Assembly (NCBI GenBank): GCA_963666215.2
Contig: CAXWPL010000004.1
Span: 96,001-160,000 of the forward strand
Length of the DNA: 64,000 nucleotides
Reading direction: 5' to 3'
Source: Acidobacteriota bacterium
GTDB taxonomy: Bacteria; Acidobacteriota; UBA890; WLXD01
Below the pieces are notes generated by a model that was not told the DNA's origin, made no database searches, and saw nothing but the letters and a program-made list of their open reading frames with translations. Positions 8,466 to 19,502 of the stretch are shown in pieces (within the stretch, counting starts at the first letter, position 1; every line of letters begins with the position of its first letter). The position numbers were made by a program, and so were the translations under genes.

Positions 8466-11108
8466 TCAGCTCGTTCTCAGCGAGGTCAGCGGATCCATCC
8501 GACTTGCACGTAGGCCTGGCACCAGAACCGCCAAGACGCTCACGCCGCCAAGTGCGGCGACGACAATCAGGAAGGTCATGGTGTCGAGCGGACTCACCTC
8601 GTAGAGGAGGGTCTCGGCGTAGCGCGTCACTGCGATCGCGGCGGGAACGCCAATCGCGATGCCGGCGACGACAAAGAGCGCTCCCTGCCGTAGGACCATC
8701 CGCAGCACATCACCGGTCTGGGCGCCGAGCGCCATGCGCACGCCAATTTCCGTACGTCGCTGGGTCACGCTGAACGAAATCACGCCGTAGATGCCGAGGG
8801 CCGCGAGCACCAACGACGTGGCACCGAGACTGCCGAACAGGAGCATGCTCACGCGCCGGCCGGCCACCGAGTCGTCGACAATCGCGCCCATGCTGCGGAT
8901 CCACGATACGGGAACGTCAGCGTCGACGGCGCGAACAGCGCCCCGAAGTGTGGGCGCGAGCGCGGTGAGATCGAGCTCCGAGCGGACCACCAGGTCACGC
9001 GGCATGAAGAAACTGATGCCTTCCCATTGGAGATAGGACACGGTGAGCTCGGGCTCCGGGGAGGCCTCGAGCTGGAACTGGCGGACGTTGCCGGCGACGC
9101 CGACAACTCGCCAGGTCGGGCCCGACCAGAAGGCTAGCTCCTTGCCCAACGCGTCTTCGCCAGGCCAGAAGGCGTCGACCATTGCTTCGTTCACCACGGC
9201 GACTCGTTCGCCCTCGGCACCGTCGACGGATGTGAACGCTCGGCCGCGAACGGGAATCCCGGTCGTCTCGTAGTAGCCCGGGCCGACCACGCGGAGCACC
9301 GGGTACACGGTCTCTTCGGGCGGCGGCACGGGACGATCCGTGGCCTGCGCGCGGGTCGATCCACCTCGGAAGGTCATGGGCGTGAAGGTCACGAAACCAG
9401 CGTCGTCGACTCCGGGAATGGCCCTCACACTCTGAAGAACCTCCTCATAGAAGGTGGCACGCGCGCCCGGGGCGTCGTACTTGGCGTCGGTCAGGGCCAG
9501 TCGAGCCGCCACCACGCCCTCGGTGGCAAGCCCTGGGTCTTTTGAAATAACACTGGCGAAGCTGCGCATGGTGAGGCCGGAAACCACCAAGAGCACTATG
9601 GCCAGCGCGATCTCCGCCACCGAGATCACGCCACGCAAACGATGCACACCTCGACCGCCCGTGCCGCGACTCGCTCCGGCATTGATGAGCGCGCCCAAGT
9701 CGGTTCGCGCGGCGCTTAGTGCCGGAGCGAGCCCGAAGAGAGCAACTGTTGCGAGCGACACCAGCATCGAGAACGCGGCGAGTCGGGCGTCGACGCCAAT
9801 GCGATGGGCCACCGGCACCCCATCGGGCACCAAAACGCTGAGTAGCGTCATTCCCCAGGTAGCAAGCAACAGGCCGGCCACTCCGCCCATAACGGCGAGG
9901 GTCACGGCCTCGGTGAGGAGCTGTCGAACGATTCGACCCTTCGAGGCGCCGAGCGCCGTACGTAGCGCGATCTCGGCGGTCCGTGAGCTGGCGCGGGTGA
10001 GCAGTAGGTTGGCCACGTTGCCGCAGGCAATCAGGAGAACCAGGCCGGCTGCCGCGAGCACGAGCAACAAAGCATAACGGATCTCGCCCACCATCCGCGT
10101 GTGCAGCGGCGTCACCCGAGCGCCATGGGTCTGGCGAACCTGCCCGGCACCGGTGTCAGCGGCTTGCAATGCGCTCAGCGCGTCGAGCTCAGCCTGCGCG
10201 CTGGCGGCCGACACGCCGTCGGCCAGCCGACCGACCACTCCGAGATAGTGATTGTTGTCGCTGGCCGCGCCGGGGCCGAAGCCGGCCGGCATCCAGAGCT
10301 GGCTGGTGGTGTCGGGAAAGGCGAAGCCGGCGGGCATCACTCCGAGCACGACGACGGCGACGCCGTCGAGCAAGAGTGTGCGGCCAACCACCCCAGGATC
10401 AGCGCCGAACCGACCCTGCCAAAGGCCGTGGCTCAACACAACGTAGTCGCTGTTGCCTGGCGTATGTTCGTTCGCCGAGAAGGTCCGCCCAGCGAGCGGC
10501 GCCACGCCGAACAACGGAAAGAACGAGTGCGTCACCCGCTGGCCATGCAAGCGGAGAGGCTCTTCGACGCCGGTGAGATTCACATCCACGCTGATGTACG
10601 CGGCGATCTCTGAGAGACCTTGGGTGCCTTCCTCCCAGGCGGTGTAGTGCGCCGGCGACGGTGTGTCGGCATCTTCGTCCTCCACTGCAACCAACAGCTC
10701 GGGAGCAGCGAAGGGCAATGGCTGCAGCAACGTAGCGTCGATGATGCCGAAGATCGAGCTGGTGGCGCCAATGCCGAGTGCCAGCACCAGCACGGCGGTG
10801 AGCGTGAACGTGGGCGTGCCGGCGAGCGAGCGAAAGGCGTACCTGACGTCCTGTCCGAGAGTATCCAATTTCTGGCTCCAGTCTGAATCTGCGGGGATGC
10901 GTTTCGCGGTGCCGGCGGTGTTCCAGATCAACACCGCGGCCAGTTCTTTCCAGTATTCGGCCTGCGCGCGTAGTGACCCTCTCGAGTCGCGGGTGCGCGA
11001 GAAGAGCTGATCGAGATCGACCCGTGTTTGCTCGCGACGAGCCTCCGGTAGCAGGCGATCGAGCAGCCGGTCGCCAACGCCTCGCCGGCGACTCAACCGC
11101 GCGCCCAC
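8466..11108 (-). CDS. ADOP-family duplicated MacB/FtsX-type permease
   Basis: QDVRYAFRSL, LLIACGNVANLLL, EIALRTALGA and EIGVRMALGA duplicated permease motifs. Confidence 0.9.
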   Translation of the reverse strand: MGARLSRRRGVGDRLLDRLLPEARREQTRVDLDQLFSRTRDSRGSLRAQAEYWKELAAVLIWNTAGTAKRIPADSDWSQKLDTLGQDVRYAFRSLAGTPTFTLTAVLVLALGIGATSSIFGIIDATLLQPLPFAAPELLVAVEDEDADTPSPAHYTAWEEGTQGLSEIAAYISVDVNLTGVEEPLRLHGQRVTHSFFPLFGVAPLAGRTFSANEHTPGNSDYVVLSHGLWQGRFGADPGVVGRTLLLDGVAVVVLGVMPAGFAFPDTTSQLWMPAGFGPGAASDNNHYLGVVGRLADGVSAASAQAELDALSALQAADTGAGQVRQTHGARVTPLHTRMVGEIRYALLLVLAAAGLVLLIACGNVANLLLTRASSRTAEIALRTALGASKGRIVRQLLTEAVTLAVMGGVAGLLLATWGMTLLSVLVPDGVPVAHRIGVDARLAAFSMLVSLATVALFGLAPALSAARTDLGALINAGASRGTGGRGVHRLRGVISVAEIALAIVLLVVSGLTMRSFASVISKDPGLATEGVVAARLALTDAKYDAPGARATFYEEVLQSVRAIPGVDDAGFVTFTPMTFRGGSTRAQATDRPVPPPEETVYPVLRVVGPGYYETTGIPVRGRAFTSVDGAEGERVAVVNEAMVDAFWPGEDALGKELAFWSGPTWRVVGVAGNVRQFQLEASPEPELTVSYLQWEGISFFMPRDLVVRSELDLTALAPTLRGAVRAVDADVPVSWIRSMGAIVDDSVAGRRVSMLLFGSLGATSLVLAALGIYGVISFSVTQRRTEIGVRMALGAQTGDVLRMVLRQGALFVVAGIAIGVPAAIAVTRYAETLLYEVSPLDTMTFLIVVAALGGVSVLAVLVPGLRASRMDPLTSLRTS

Positions 11109-11398
11109 AGTCGCTGCCGTACGTCTTGCGCCTCCTCGAGCGCGCGCGTTCCGGCACCAGTGAGCTCGTAGCAGCGGCGCGGCCGACCACCGCCGGCAGG
11201 AGCCGCGCCGACCCGGGAGGTCACAAGGCCCTTGCGCTCGAGGCGATCGAAGACGTTGTAGAGCGACCCCAGCGACGCGTTGCGTCCGGCTATCTCGAGC
11301 AACGAGTCCTTCACATCGAGAGCGCTGCCGCCGGCGCCGACCGATCGAAGGCCTAGGAGAACGATCTCTTCGAACTCACCGAGTCGCTCGCCCTTCAT
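11093..11398 (-). CDS. PadR-family transcriptional regulator (ADOP-associated)
   Basis: LGEFEEIVLL, GSLYNVFDRLERKGLV, GGRPRRCYELTGAG. Confidence 0.88.
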   Translation of the reverse strand: MKGERLGEFEEIVLLGLRSVGAGGSALDVKDSLLEIAGRNASLGSLYNVFDRLERKGLVTSRVGAAPAGGGRPRRCYELTGAGTRALEEAQDVRQRLWARG

Positions 11399-11702
11399 CC
11401 CTCGTCTCCCTCCTCTGCCCCACCCGTCGGCCAGGCTCGGCAGGATCACTTTCTGTGTCTGGTCACGATCAATTACGACATTCTAGAATAAAAAGTTCCA
11501 ACGAGCTGCCGATTCCCGTCACCAGTACCAAGAAGGTCGTCGACGTGGCTACCCACTGCAGCGAGGACCGGCTGCGTCCGCGCTACCGACGGACGGGCTC
11601 GAGGAGCTGAAGGCGCGCGGGCCGACCGAACGCTGACGGGTCGTGGACGGAGCATCCCGGCCGACCGAGCGCCAGATCGCCAATCGGGTCGATCACCGCC
11701 GC

Positions 11703-11734
11703 TCGGATCTAGAGAATCGGATCTAGAGAATCGG
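11703..11734. repeat. 14-bp tandem duplication spanning the mutase stop codon
   Basis: TCGGATCTAGAGAA twice, then TCGG. Confidence 0.8.
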
Positions 11735-13396
11735 GACCTCGTCGTAGGTTCCCCAGACGTTGCGCAACGCGCCGCAGATGTCACCGACCGTGCAATCGGC
11801 CTCGACGGCGTTGATGATCGGGTAGACCGTGTTGTCGCCTCCTCGTGCCGCCGCCTCGACGTGAGAAAGCGCCTCGGACACACGCGCGGCGTCGCGGCGC
11901 GCCTTGAGATCTTTGATTCGGGCCACGATGCGCTCCTGGCCCGCCGGATCGACCTCGAACACCGGGATCTCGACCTTCTCGGACGACACGAACCGGTTGA
12001 CGCCGACGACCACGCGCTCCTCGCTCTCCACTTGCATCTGGTAGCGATAGGCCTGGTCGGTCAGCGCGCGCTGAAACCAGCCGCTCTCGATGCATCCGAG
12101 CGCTCCGCCACGCGTTTCGATCTCGTCGATGCACTGCCAGACGCGGCGCTCGATCTCGTCGGTGAGATGCTCGACCGTCCATGAGCCACCGAGCCCGTCG
12201 ATCACATCGGTAACGCCGGTCTCGTGTGCGATGATCTGCTGCGTGCGCAATGCGAGGGTCGCCGCGTCCTCGGTGGGAGTGGCGAAGGCCTCGTCGAAGG
12301 CCGTGGTGTGCAGCGTGTTGACGCCACCCAGCGCCGCCGCGAGCCCCATCAGCGCCACCCTCACGATGTTGTTCAGCGGCTGTTGCGCCACCAGGCGACC
12401 ACCGAGGGTGAACCCGAAGATCTTCAGGGCCATCGCCTGCGGATCTTCGGCGCCGTAGCGCTCCCGCATGAGCTTGGCCCACACGCGGCGCGCGGCGCGG
12501 AACTTCGCCACCTCCTCGAGAATCTGGATGTCGCTGGCGAGGAACGACCAGATGTTGGGCGCGAAGGTGTTGATGTCCACCCCACGCCGCACGGCCTCGT
12601 CGAAGTAGGCGATGGCGTTGGCGAAAGCGAAGGCGAGCTCCTGAACGGCCGTCGAGCCACTGTCGCGGATATGGTACCCGCTGATGGCCAGCGGCGTCCA
12701 GCTCGCCAGGCCTTCGCGGGCGCAGTACTCGATGACGTCGACGCTGTGTCGCAAGGATGGGGCCGGCGGGTAAATCTGCGTACCGCGGGCGATGTACTCC
12801 TTGAGCACGTCGTTCTGGATGAACAGCTTGATGTCGCGCGGATCCACTTCCTGCTTCTTGGCCATCGCTACGACCATGGCGGCGAACACGGGACCCATCG
12901 CGTTGGCTGTGGTTCGGATCTGCCGCACCTTGTCGAAGGGAATACCGGCGAAGAGGCTCACCATGTCTTCGAGCGACGCCAGGCTGACGCCCACCTTGCC
13001 CACCTCACCCTGGCTGATGGACGCATCGGGGTCGTAGCCGTTCTGCGTCGGCAGGTCGAGAGCCACCGAGAACCCCGTCTGCCCCTGGGCGAGGAGATGC
13101 CGGAAGCGCGCGTTGGTGTCGTCCGCCGACCCAAATCCGGAATACTGGCCGAAGATCCAGAGGTCCTGGCGGTACATGGCGGGATAGACGCCGCGCGTGA
13201 AGGGGTAGGCGCCGGGGAAACCCACCTTCTCGTCGCGATCCACCGCTTCGTCGAGCGCGTCGTGGAGCCGCTCCAGCGGTATGTCGCTGGCAGTGGCGAA
13301 GGCCTCCTTGCGTTCTCCTCGGCCCTCGAGGGCCGGGGCAAGAACCTCCTGCTCCCAGTCGGCTCTCGCCTCCTTCTGGCGTTTCCGATCGCTCAT
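11723..13396 (-). CDS. B12-dependent acyl-CoA mutase, large substrate-binding subunit (methylmalonyl-CoA mutase family)
   Basis: [55 protein letters not shown]; no DxHxxG domain. Confidence 0.88.
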   Translation of the reverse strand: MSDRKRQKEARADWEQEVLAPALEGRGERKEAFATASDIPLERLHDALDEAVDRDEKVGFPGAYPFTRGVYPAMYRQDLWIFGQYSGFGSADDTNARFRHLLAQGQTGFSVALDLPTQNGYDPDASISQGEVGKVGVSLASLEDMVSLFAGIPFDKVRQIRTTANAMGPVFAAMVVAMAKKQEVDPRDIKLFIQNDVLKEYIARGTQIYPPAPSLRHSVDVIEYCAREGLASWTPLAISGYHIRDSGSTAVQELAFAFANAIAYFDEAVRRGVDINTFAPNIWSFLASDIQILEEVAKFRAARRVWAKLMRERYGAEDPQAMALKIFGFTLGGRLVAQQPLNNIVRVALMGLAAALGGVNTLHTTAFDEAFATPTEDAATLALRTQQIIAHETGVTDVIDGLGGSWTVEHLTDEIERRVWQCIDEIETRGGALGCIESGWFQRALTDQAYRYQMQVESEERVVVGVNRFVSSEKVEIPVFEVDPAGQERIVARIKDLKARRDAARVSEALSHVEAAARGGDNTVYPIINAVEADCTVGDICGALRNVWGTYDEVPIL

Positions 13397-13453
13397 CGGG
13401 CTACGACCTCCCCTCGACACTCGACGACGTTAACGCCGCGACCAGCATGCCAC

Positions 13454-15013
13454 TCAAACCTGCCGCTCGCGATCCCGCCAGTGAGGCTCGCGCAACTTCT
13501 TCTTGAGAATCTTGCCCGCCGGGCTCTTGGGAAGCTCGTCCACGAGCTCAACCGCCCTCGGCAGCTTGTAGCTCGCGAGGAGTCCGCGGCAGTGCTCGGT
13601 GAGCTCCTTCGGGCTCGCCGCCCGGTCGGGCTTGAACGCCACGACTGCCGTGACCCTCTCCCCCCATTCGCGGTCGGGCACTCCGATGACGGCGCACTCC
13701 GCCACTGCCGGGTGTCGGTACAACACCTCCTCGACCTCCCGTGGATAAACGTTGTAGCCGCCCGAGATGATCATGTCCTTCTTGCGGTCGACAATGAAGA
13801 GGTAACCCCCGGCATCGATCGTCGCCAGGTCGCCGGTCGAGAACCAGCCGTCTCGTAGCACCTCCGCGGTGGCTTCCGGCTGGTTCCAGTAACTGGCCAT
13901 CACGTGATCGCCGCGGATGAGCACCTCGCCGATCTCGCCGGCAGCAACCTCGTCGCCGGTCTCGTTGACCACCCTGACGTCGACGCCGATACAGGGACGG
14001 CCAGCGCTGGCCAACCGCCCCATTTGTTCGGGCGTCCCGTCCACCACATGGTCTTCTTTGGCCAGCGCCGTCGCCGGCTGCGGGGCCTCGCTGAGGCCGT
14101 ACACCTGGACGAAGACCGGCCCGAACGTCTCGATCGCTTCGCGCAGCCGCTCCGCCGGCATGGGCGCGCCCGCATAAACGATCGTGCGGAGGCTCGAAAG
14201 GTCGTACTGGGATCGATCGGGAAAGTCCAGGAGCCTGCCAATCAGCGTCGGCACCAGCCAGGTGGTGGTCACCCGGTGACGCTCGATGGCCTCGCAGTAG
14301 CTAGCCATGCTGAACTCGGGCAAAAAGACGTTGGTAGCGCCCTTGACGTAGTGGGTGAACACCTTGGTGCCGCTGCCGTGGGCCAGCGACGCAACGTGGA
14401 GCATGACGTCGGTCGAGTGGACGAAGTCCTCGTTGGCATACACCGTGAACGTCGAGACCCATCGCGACCGCACCGTCGTCATCGCGCCCTTGGGCCGGCC
14501 GGTGGTGCCCGAGGTGTACAGAATCATGTAGGGGTCTTCCATCTCGGTGGCGACGTGGGAGGGCTCGGGATCACCTGCCGCGACGATCTCGTTCCAGCCG
14601 AGGAACCCGGCGGGCGCGTCGTCGACGGCAACGAGATGGCGGACCGGCGTGGCCTGCGAGCGAATGCGCTCGATTACCTCGGCGAACTCGCCACCGTAAA
14701 TCAGCGCCGCCATTCCCGAGTCCTCGACGATGTAGGCGATCTCGGGGGGCGCCAGCCGCGGGTTGATCGGCACGCGCACCAGCCCGGCCTTGATCAGCGC
14801 CCAATCGGCGATGGTGAACTCGGGTCGATTCGGCAGGATGATGCCAACACGGTCGCCCTTGGCCAGCCCGAGGTCACCCGACAACACTTGTGCCAGGCGA
14901 TTCGACTCCGCCTCGATCTCGGCGAACGTCGCCTCGCGTCTACCCCAGATGATCGCCGTTTTCGCCGCGTGGTTGCGGCCGGCTCGCGACAGCAGGTCGG
15001 CGAGACGGTTCAT
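13454..15013 (-). CDS. AMP-forming acyl-CoA ligase
   Basis: YTSGTTGRPKG, YGLSE, TGD, DRKKDMIISGG, SPAGKI. Confidence 0.9.
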   Translation of the reverse strand: MNRLADLLSRAGRNHAAKTAIIWGRREATFAEIEAESNRLAQVLSGDLGLAKGDRVGIILPNRPEFTIADWALIKAGLVRVPINPRLAPPEIAYIVEDSGMAALIYGGEFAEVIERIRSQATPVRHLVAVDDAPAGFLGWNEIVAAGDPEPSHVATEMEDPYMILYTSGTTGRPKGAMTTVRSRWVSTFTVYANEDFVHSTDVMLHVASLAHGSGTKVFTHYVKGATNVFLPEFSMASYCEAIERHRVTTTWLVPTLIGRLLDFPDRSQYDLSSLRTIVYAGAPMPAERLREAIETFGPVFVQVYGLSEAPQPATALAKEDHVVDGTPEQMGRLASAGRPCIGVDVRVVNETGDEVAAGEIGEVLIRGDHVMASYWNQPEATAEVLRDGWFSTGDLATIDAGGYLFIVDRKKDMIISGGYNVYPREVEEVLYRHPAVAECAVIGVPDREWGERVTAVVAFKPDRAASPKELTEHCRGLLASYKLPRAVELVDELPKSPAGKILKKKLREPHWRDRERQV

Positions 15014-15035
15014 GAGATCGGCTCTCCGCGCTCGG

Positions 15036-15854
15036 CTAGCACATGAAGCGGCCACCGTTGGCGTCGATGACCGTTCCGGTGATGTAGCGGGACCCTGGTC
15101 CCGCGAGAAAGACGACCACCTCGGCCTGCTCCTCGGCGCTCGACAGCCGCCCGAGAGGGATCGTGCTCAAGGTCTCCTGCTGCTGCGCCGGCGTCAGCTC
15201 GTTCCATAGATCGGTCATTCTCTCGCCGCTGAGAACCGTCCCGGGCGCGGTCGCATTGACGTTGATGTTCCACTCACCGGTCTCCTTTGCCAGGCGGCGA
15301 GTCAGGCCAATCAGCCCGGCCTTGGCGGCGGCGTAGGGCACGCCCGTGACGATGCTGGCCGTGCGGCCACCGATCGACGAGATGTTGATGATCCGCCCAC
15401 CGCCGAGCTCGCGCATGACGGGCACTACCGCCTGACAGAAGAGGAACGCCCCCTTCAGGTTGACGTCGAGGACGAGATCCCAGTGGCTCTCCTCGATCTC
15501 GTCGAGGTTCTTAGGGGTGTACAGACTGCCCCCGGCGTTGTTCACCAGGATGTCGACGCGCCCCAGCCGCTCGCGCACCTGCGACACCGTTTCACGTACT
15601 TGCGGGGGCTCGCGCACGTCGCAGGAGATGCCCACAAAACGCCTTTGCGGCACCGCCGCCGCGAGCTCCACCGCAGCCGCATCGAGGCCTTCCCGATCGA
15701 CATCGACGATCGCCACGTCGGCACCGGCCTGAGCCATCGCCCTCGCGAATGCGCGCCCCAGGCCGCCGGCACCGCCCGTCACGATGGCCACCTTGCCGCC
15801 CAGGGTCGCTGCCGTTCCGCCCTTGTTGGAATCCGAAACAACCGGTTCGTTCAT
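15036..15854 (-). CDS. Short-chain dehydrogenase/reductase
   Basis: TGGAGGLG, NNAG, YAAAK. Confidence 0.9.
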   Translation of the reverse strand: MNEPVVSDSNKGGTAATLGGKVAIVTGGAGGLGRAFARAMAQAGADVAIVDVDREGLDAAAVELAAAVPQRRFVGISCDVREPPQVRETVSQVRERLGRVDILVNNAGGSLYTPKNLDEIEESHWDLVLDVNLKGAFLFCQAVVPVMRELGGGRIINISSIGGRTASIVTGVPYAAAKAGLIGLTRRLAKETGEWNINVNATAPGTVLSGERMTDLWNELTPAQQQETLSTIPLGRLSSAEEQAEVVVFLAGPGSRYITGTVIDANGGRFMC

Positions 15855-17959
15855 GGCGAAGCCCTTCCCGTCAACAGAGCGTCTACGACCCGCGCCCCTT
15901 CGCCCGCCCCGAGCACCACGACTGGGTTGAGGTCGAGCTCCCACTCGCCCGCAGCGGAAGCCGCGAGCTCAGACACGCTCACGATCAGTGAAACCAGGGC
16001 ATCGAGATCCGCGGGGCCGCGGCCCCGCACGCCGCGCAGCAGCGCCATTGATCGCAGCTCAGACACCATGGCCTCGGCCTCCTGCCGATCGACCGGCACC
16101 AAGCGCATCGCGGTATCTCGAAGCACCTCGACGAGAACGCCGCCGGCACCCACGGTGATCATCGGCCCAAACTCCGAGGGGACAACTCCAATGAGCATCT
16201 CGACGCCGCCCGACACCTGCTCTTGCACCAGCACCCCGCTGATGCGAGCGCCGGGCACGAGCGCGCGGACCGACGCCACCACATCGCCATAAGCCGTGGC
16301 CACGTCGTCGGGGCCATGCAGGTCGAGAGTAACGCCGCCCACCTCGGTCTTGTGCAGGATGTCCGGAGACTCGATCTTGAGCGCCACCGGGTAGCCGATG
16401 TCGGCGGCCAGCGCCACGGCGGCTTCGGCCGACTCAGCCAGTCCTTCTCTCGTCACCGGTAGGCCGTGTTGCCCCAGAATCTCCTTTGCGACTCGCTCGC
16501 TGAGCGACTCCCCCGGCGCCGGGAATCCGGCCGGCGGCTCGCCGGCAGCCGCAGTGTGCTCGCCGGTTCCTGAACCGTCGCGCACCCGCTGGAAGTGAAC
16601 GAGTGCAGCGATCGCCCGTACCGCCTGCACCGAGGTCTCGAAAACCGGGATGCCGGCCGCGAGCAGGCTCGGCCGTGCCTCGGGAGCTAGCGAGTCGGCG
16701 CCGGTCTTGGAGAACAGCACCGGCTTGTCGGTTTCGGCGGCGGTCTGCAGCACATCCTCCACAACACGCAGCGCCGAGTCTCCCGTGAGCACACAAACGG
16801 AGCACAGCAACAGGTCGACTCCCGGGTCAGCCGCCATCAAACCGATGCAGCGGCGAAACAGCTCGCGGTCGGCGATGACCTGGGCGGTCACATCCACCGG
16901 GTTGAGGACGGAGCCGAACCAGGGAACGATCTCCTGCAGTTGCGCCCGCGTGTCGTCACCGAGTACGGCGACCTCGAGTCCGAAGTCGGCGCACGCGTCG
17001 GCTGCCATGACACCGGCGCCTCCCGAGGTCGTCAGGATGCCGACCCGGTTGCCCTTCGGCCGGCGTGGCTGCCGCAGCGTCGCCGCAACATCGAGCAGAT
17101 GGTCGACGTCGTCGACACGGACGATGCCCAGCTGTCGACAGACCGCGGAGAGAACCTCGTCGTCGCCGGCAAGGGCCGCGGTATGCGATGCCGCCGCGCG
17201 ACTTCCCACCTCGGAGCGACCAACCTTGAGCATGACGATAGGCTTGTCGCGCTGCAGCGCCAGTCGCGCCAGCGCGGGCCACTCGTCTGCCTTCTGCAAG
17301 CCCTCGCTGTACACCAGCACAACACGGGTGACGTCGTCGAGCAGCAGGTCACGAACCGCTTCGAGCGAGCTGAACGCCGCCTCGTTGCCGGTGTTGAGGA
17401 CGCGGCTGAATCGCAGGCCGCGATCCAGTGCCAGGCTGACGATCCCGTACCCGAGGGCGCCAGACTGCGACACCAGACCGATCTCGCCGGGCCGCCATTC
17501 GGCCTTCGCGAACAGCGGGCTGAAGCCGGCGACAAGGTTGAAGTGCGGGTTGACGAGACCAATGCAGTTGGGCCCGATGAGCCGTAGCCCCCCGGCCTCG
17601 GCCAGGCCGATCAGCTCGCGCTGACGGCGCTCGCCCTCGGCGCCCGACTCGGCGAATCCGGAGGCGAGCACCACAGCAAACCCGACGTTCTTCGCGGCGC
17701 ACTCTTCGATGACCCCTGGCACGTGGTCGGCACCGACCATGACCAGAGCCAGATCGACCGGTCCGGGACAATCGGCCACCGACGGATAGCAGCGATAGCC
17801 CAGCACCTCCTCGGCCCGCGGATTGACGGGGAGAATGTCGCCGCCATAGCCGTTGTCACGCAGGTAGCGCACCGGCGCCTGACCCATCGAGCCGGCGCGG
17901 CCCGACGCGCCGATCACCGCCACACCGCGAGGCTCCCAGAGACGTCGCAGACCGCTCAC
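15851..17959 (-). CDS. ADP-forming acyl-CoA synthetase (acetate-CoA ligase family, fused alpha/beta)
   Basis: IGAS, GPNCIG, SQSGA, AASHTAALAG phospho-His, HKTEVGGV ATP-grasp, LDLNP. Confidence 0.9.
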   Translation of the reverse strand: MSGLRRLWEPRGVAVIGASGRAGSMGQAPVRYLRDNGYGGDILPVNPRAEEVLGYRCYPSVADCPGPVDLALVMVGADHVPGVIEECAAKNVGFAVVLASGFAESGAEGERRQRELIGLAEAGGLRLIGPNCIGLVNPHFNLVAGFSPLFAKAEWRPGEIGLVSQSGALGYGIVSLALDRGLRFSRVLNTGNEAAFSSLEAVRDLLLDDVTRVVLVYSEGLQKADEWPALARLALQRDKPIVMLKVGRSEVGSRAAASHTAALAGDDEVLSAVCRQLGIVRVDDVDHLLDVAATLRQPRRPKGNRVGILTTSGGAGVMAADACADFGLEVAVLGDDTRAQLQEIVPWFGSVLNPVDVTAQVIADRELFRRCIGLMAADPGVDLLLCSVCVLTGDSALRVVEDVLQTAAETDKPVLFSKTGADSLAPEARPSLLAAGIPVFETSVQAVRAIAALVHFQRVRDGSGTGEHTAAAGEPPAGFPAPGESLSERVAKEILGQHGLPVTREGLAESAEAAVALAADIGYPVALKIESPDILHKTEVGGVTLDLHGPDDVATAYGDVVASVRALVPGARISGVLVQEQVSGGVEMLIGVVPSEFGPMITVGAGGVLVEVLRDTAMRLVPVDRQEAEAMVSELRSMALLRGVRGRGPADLDALVSLIVSVSELAASAAGEWELDLNPVVVLGAGEGARVVDALLTGRASP

Positions 17960-18495
17960 CCGGAGATTTCCGGCGCTTGGGGCGCTTCAGGCCCCGTGCG
18001 AGCCGCGTCGTCGTTGCCGTCAGCCGCCGCCCGCGCCTCGGGCCCCGCCCCAGGAGCAGCGTCGTCGTTCGTGTGCGCCGCGGCCGGCGCCTGAGGACTG
18101 AACTTGAACCCATAACGCACGACACCTTCTTCGTCGTACAGACGACGCACCTGCGCTCTGACTGGCGTGCCTATGGTCGGCTCTCCGATGCCGTCCGTCA
18201 GCTGAGCCGTGATCTTGGGTCCCTCCGCCAGCTCGACAATCGCAACGTGGTAGCCGCCCTGACGGCGGGCCTGCTCGGCGAATTCCGGAGGCGCCCCGGC
18301 GGGAGTGATGCGCGTCACTGCCAGGATCTCCCCACGCCCGGAAAGCACCATGGCCTGCAGCACGCCGCCGCAATCCCGGCAGCCGCCAACAGGGGGAAAG
18401 AAGACCCTCTCGCAGCCTGTGCAACGCCGGCCCTCGAGGCAGAGGCGCTGCGACAGGCTGCGTCGATACATGGGAACGGAGACATGGGCGCCCAC
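17956..18495 (-). CDS. DUF35 Zn-ribbon/OB-fold protein
   Basis: CTGC..FFPP..CRDC, IVELAEG, RRL...G.VRYGFKF. Confidence 0.88.
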   Translation of the reverse strand: MGAHVSVPMYRRSLSQRLCLEGRRCTGCERVFFPPVGGCRDCGGVLQAMVLSGRGEILAVTRITPAGAPPEFAEQARRQGGYHVAIVELAEGPKITAQLTDGIGEPTIGTPVRAQVRRLYDEEGVVRYGFKFSPQAPAAAHTNDDAAPGAGPEARAAADGNDDAARTGPEAPQAPEISG

Positions 18496-18497
18496 GA

Positions 18498-19502
18498 TCA
18501 GATCTCTCCGCGGAGCTTCAAGTAGGTCAGGTAGTCAACATCGGTGGCCGCGGCGAGGGAGCGCGCCAGCACCCCCTGACCCGACTCCGGGCCGGCGACC
18601 AGGCTAATCGCGTCGGCCGCCGAACCACTGCCGTGGCCGAGCAGGAGGATCCGATCCCCGGGATGGGCGGCATCGAGAGCCGCAACCAACTCCAGGAGCG
18701 GCTGCGCGGCGCCGACGTTGGCGGTTTCGGGGAAGGCACGCGCCGGCCGCCACTGGTCGTCCCGCAGCTCGAGGGCGCGAGCCGCTGCACTCGCGAGTCG
18801 GGGATGCGGAGCGTTCATCGCCACGAAGCGGTACTCGGCAAGCTCGCGGCCCAACACCCGCAGCAGCCCGGCGGTCGCCCCACCCATAGCGGCCGTATAG
18901 GCATCCGCGGCGTAGTCCGGCACCTGCACATCGCGCCGGCGCTCGTCGTCTGCCCGGGTGAAATCGAGCCCGGGATCCTCGGCCACGAAACTGGAGACCG
19001 CCTCGACGGAGGCGACGGCACCGTTCTCTTGAAGCACGAATGCCGCGGCGCCCGCTCCCATGAGCGCGTCGCTGCCGGCACGCGCCGATCCGCTAGCGAC
19101 CTCCGAGGCCACGACCAGGGCCACGCCGCCCGCGGCGTGTTGGGGCGCCGGCGAGCCCGCCACCGCGAGCGCCGAGATGAAGGCCTCGGTGCCCGCGCGG
19201 TCGGAAGTCGTGCACTCGACGGTGAACGGGCTGCTGCCAAGGCGGAGCGCGTGCGCCAGCAGCCCCGCCTGGACCTTGTGACGATAGGGAAGGCTGGTGG
19301 AAGCCAGTGCCAGGACGTGCACTGGCGGAGCGGCAATGTCTGCCGCCGACGCCACTGCGAGGGTGAGCGCATCCTCGTCGAGCCCAGCCACGCGCTTGCC
19401 CTTCAATCCGGGAATCGCGGGCCCCCAGGCGCGAGACAGCTCCTCGGCAGAAAGTCGGTGAACCGGGAAGCGACAACCGTAGGCCGCGATGCCGAGAACC
19501 AT
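18498..19502 (-). CDS. HMG-CoA synthase/FabH-fold protein lacking catalytic residues (PhlA-like)
   Basis: GIAAYG..P..RL, DEDALTLAV, GAGAAA, GHGSG..AD; catalytic Cys position reads TSDRAGT. Confidence 0.75.
   Translation of the reverse strand: MVLGIAAYGCRFPVHRLSAEELSRAWGPAIPGLKGKRVAGLDEDALTLAVASAADIAAPPVHVLALASTSLPYRHKVQAGLLAHALRLGSSPFTVECTTSDRAGTEAFISALAVAGSPAPQHAAGGVALVVASEVASGSARAGSDALMGAGAAAFVLQENGAVASVEAVSSFVAEDPGLDFTRADDERRRDVQVPDYAADAYTAAMGGATAGLLRVLGRELAEYRFVAMNAPHPRLASAAARALELRDDQWRPARAFPETANVGAAQPLLELVAALDAAHPGDRILLLGHGSGSAADAISLVAGPESGQGVLARSLAAATDVDYLTYLKLRGEI

Noticed and set aside
11474-11492. Possible PadR operator TACGACATTCTAGAA
   Set aside because: Only about half the positions are palindromic and it is single copy; too weak to call.
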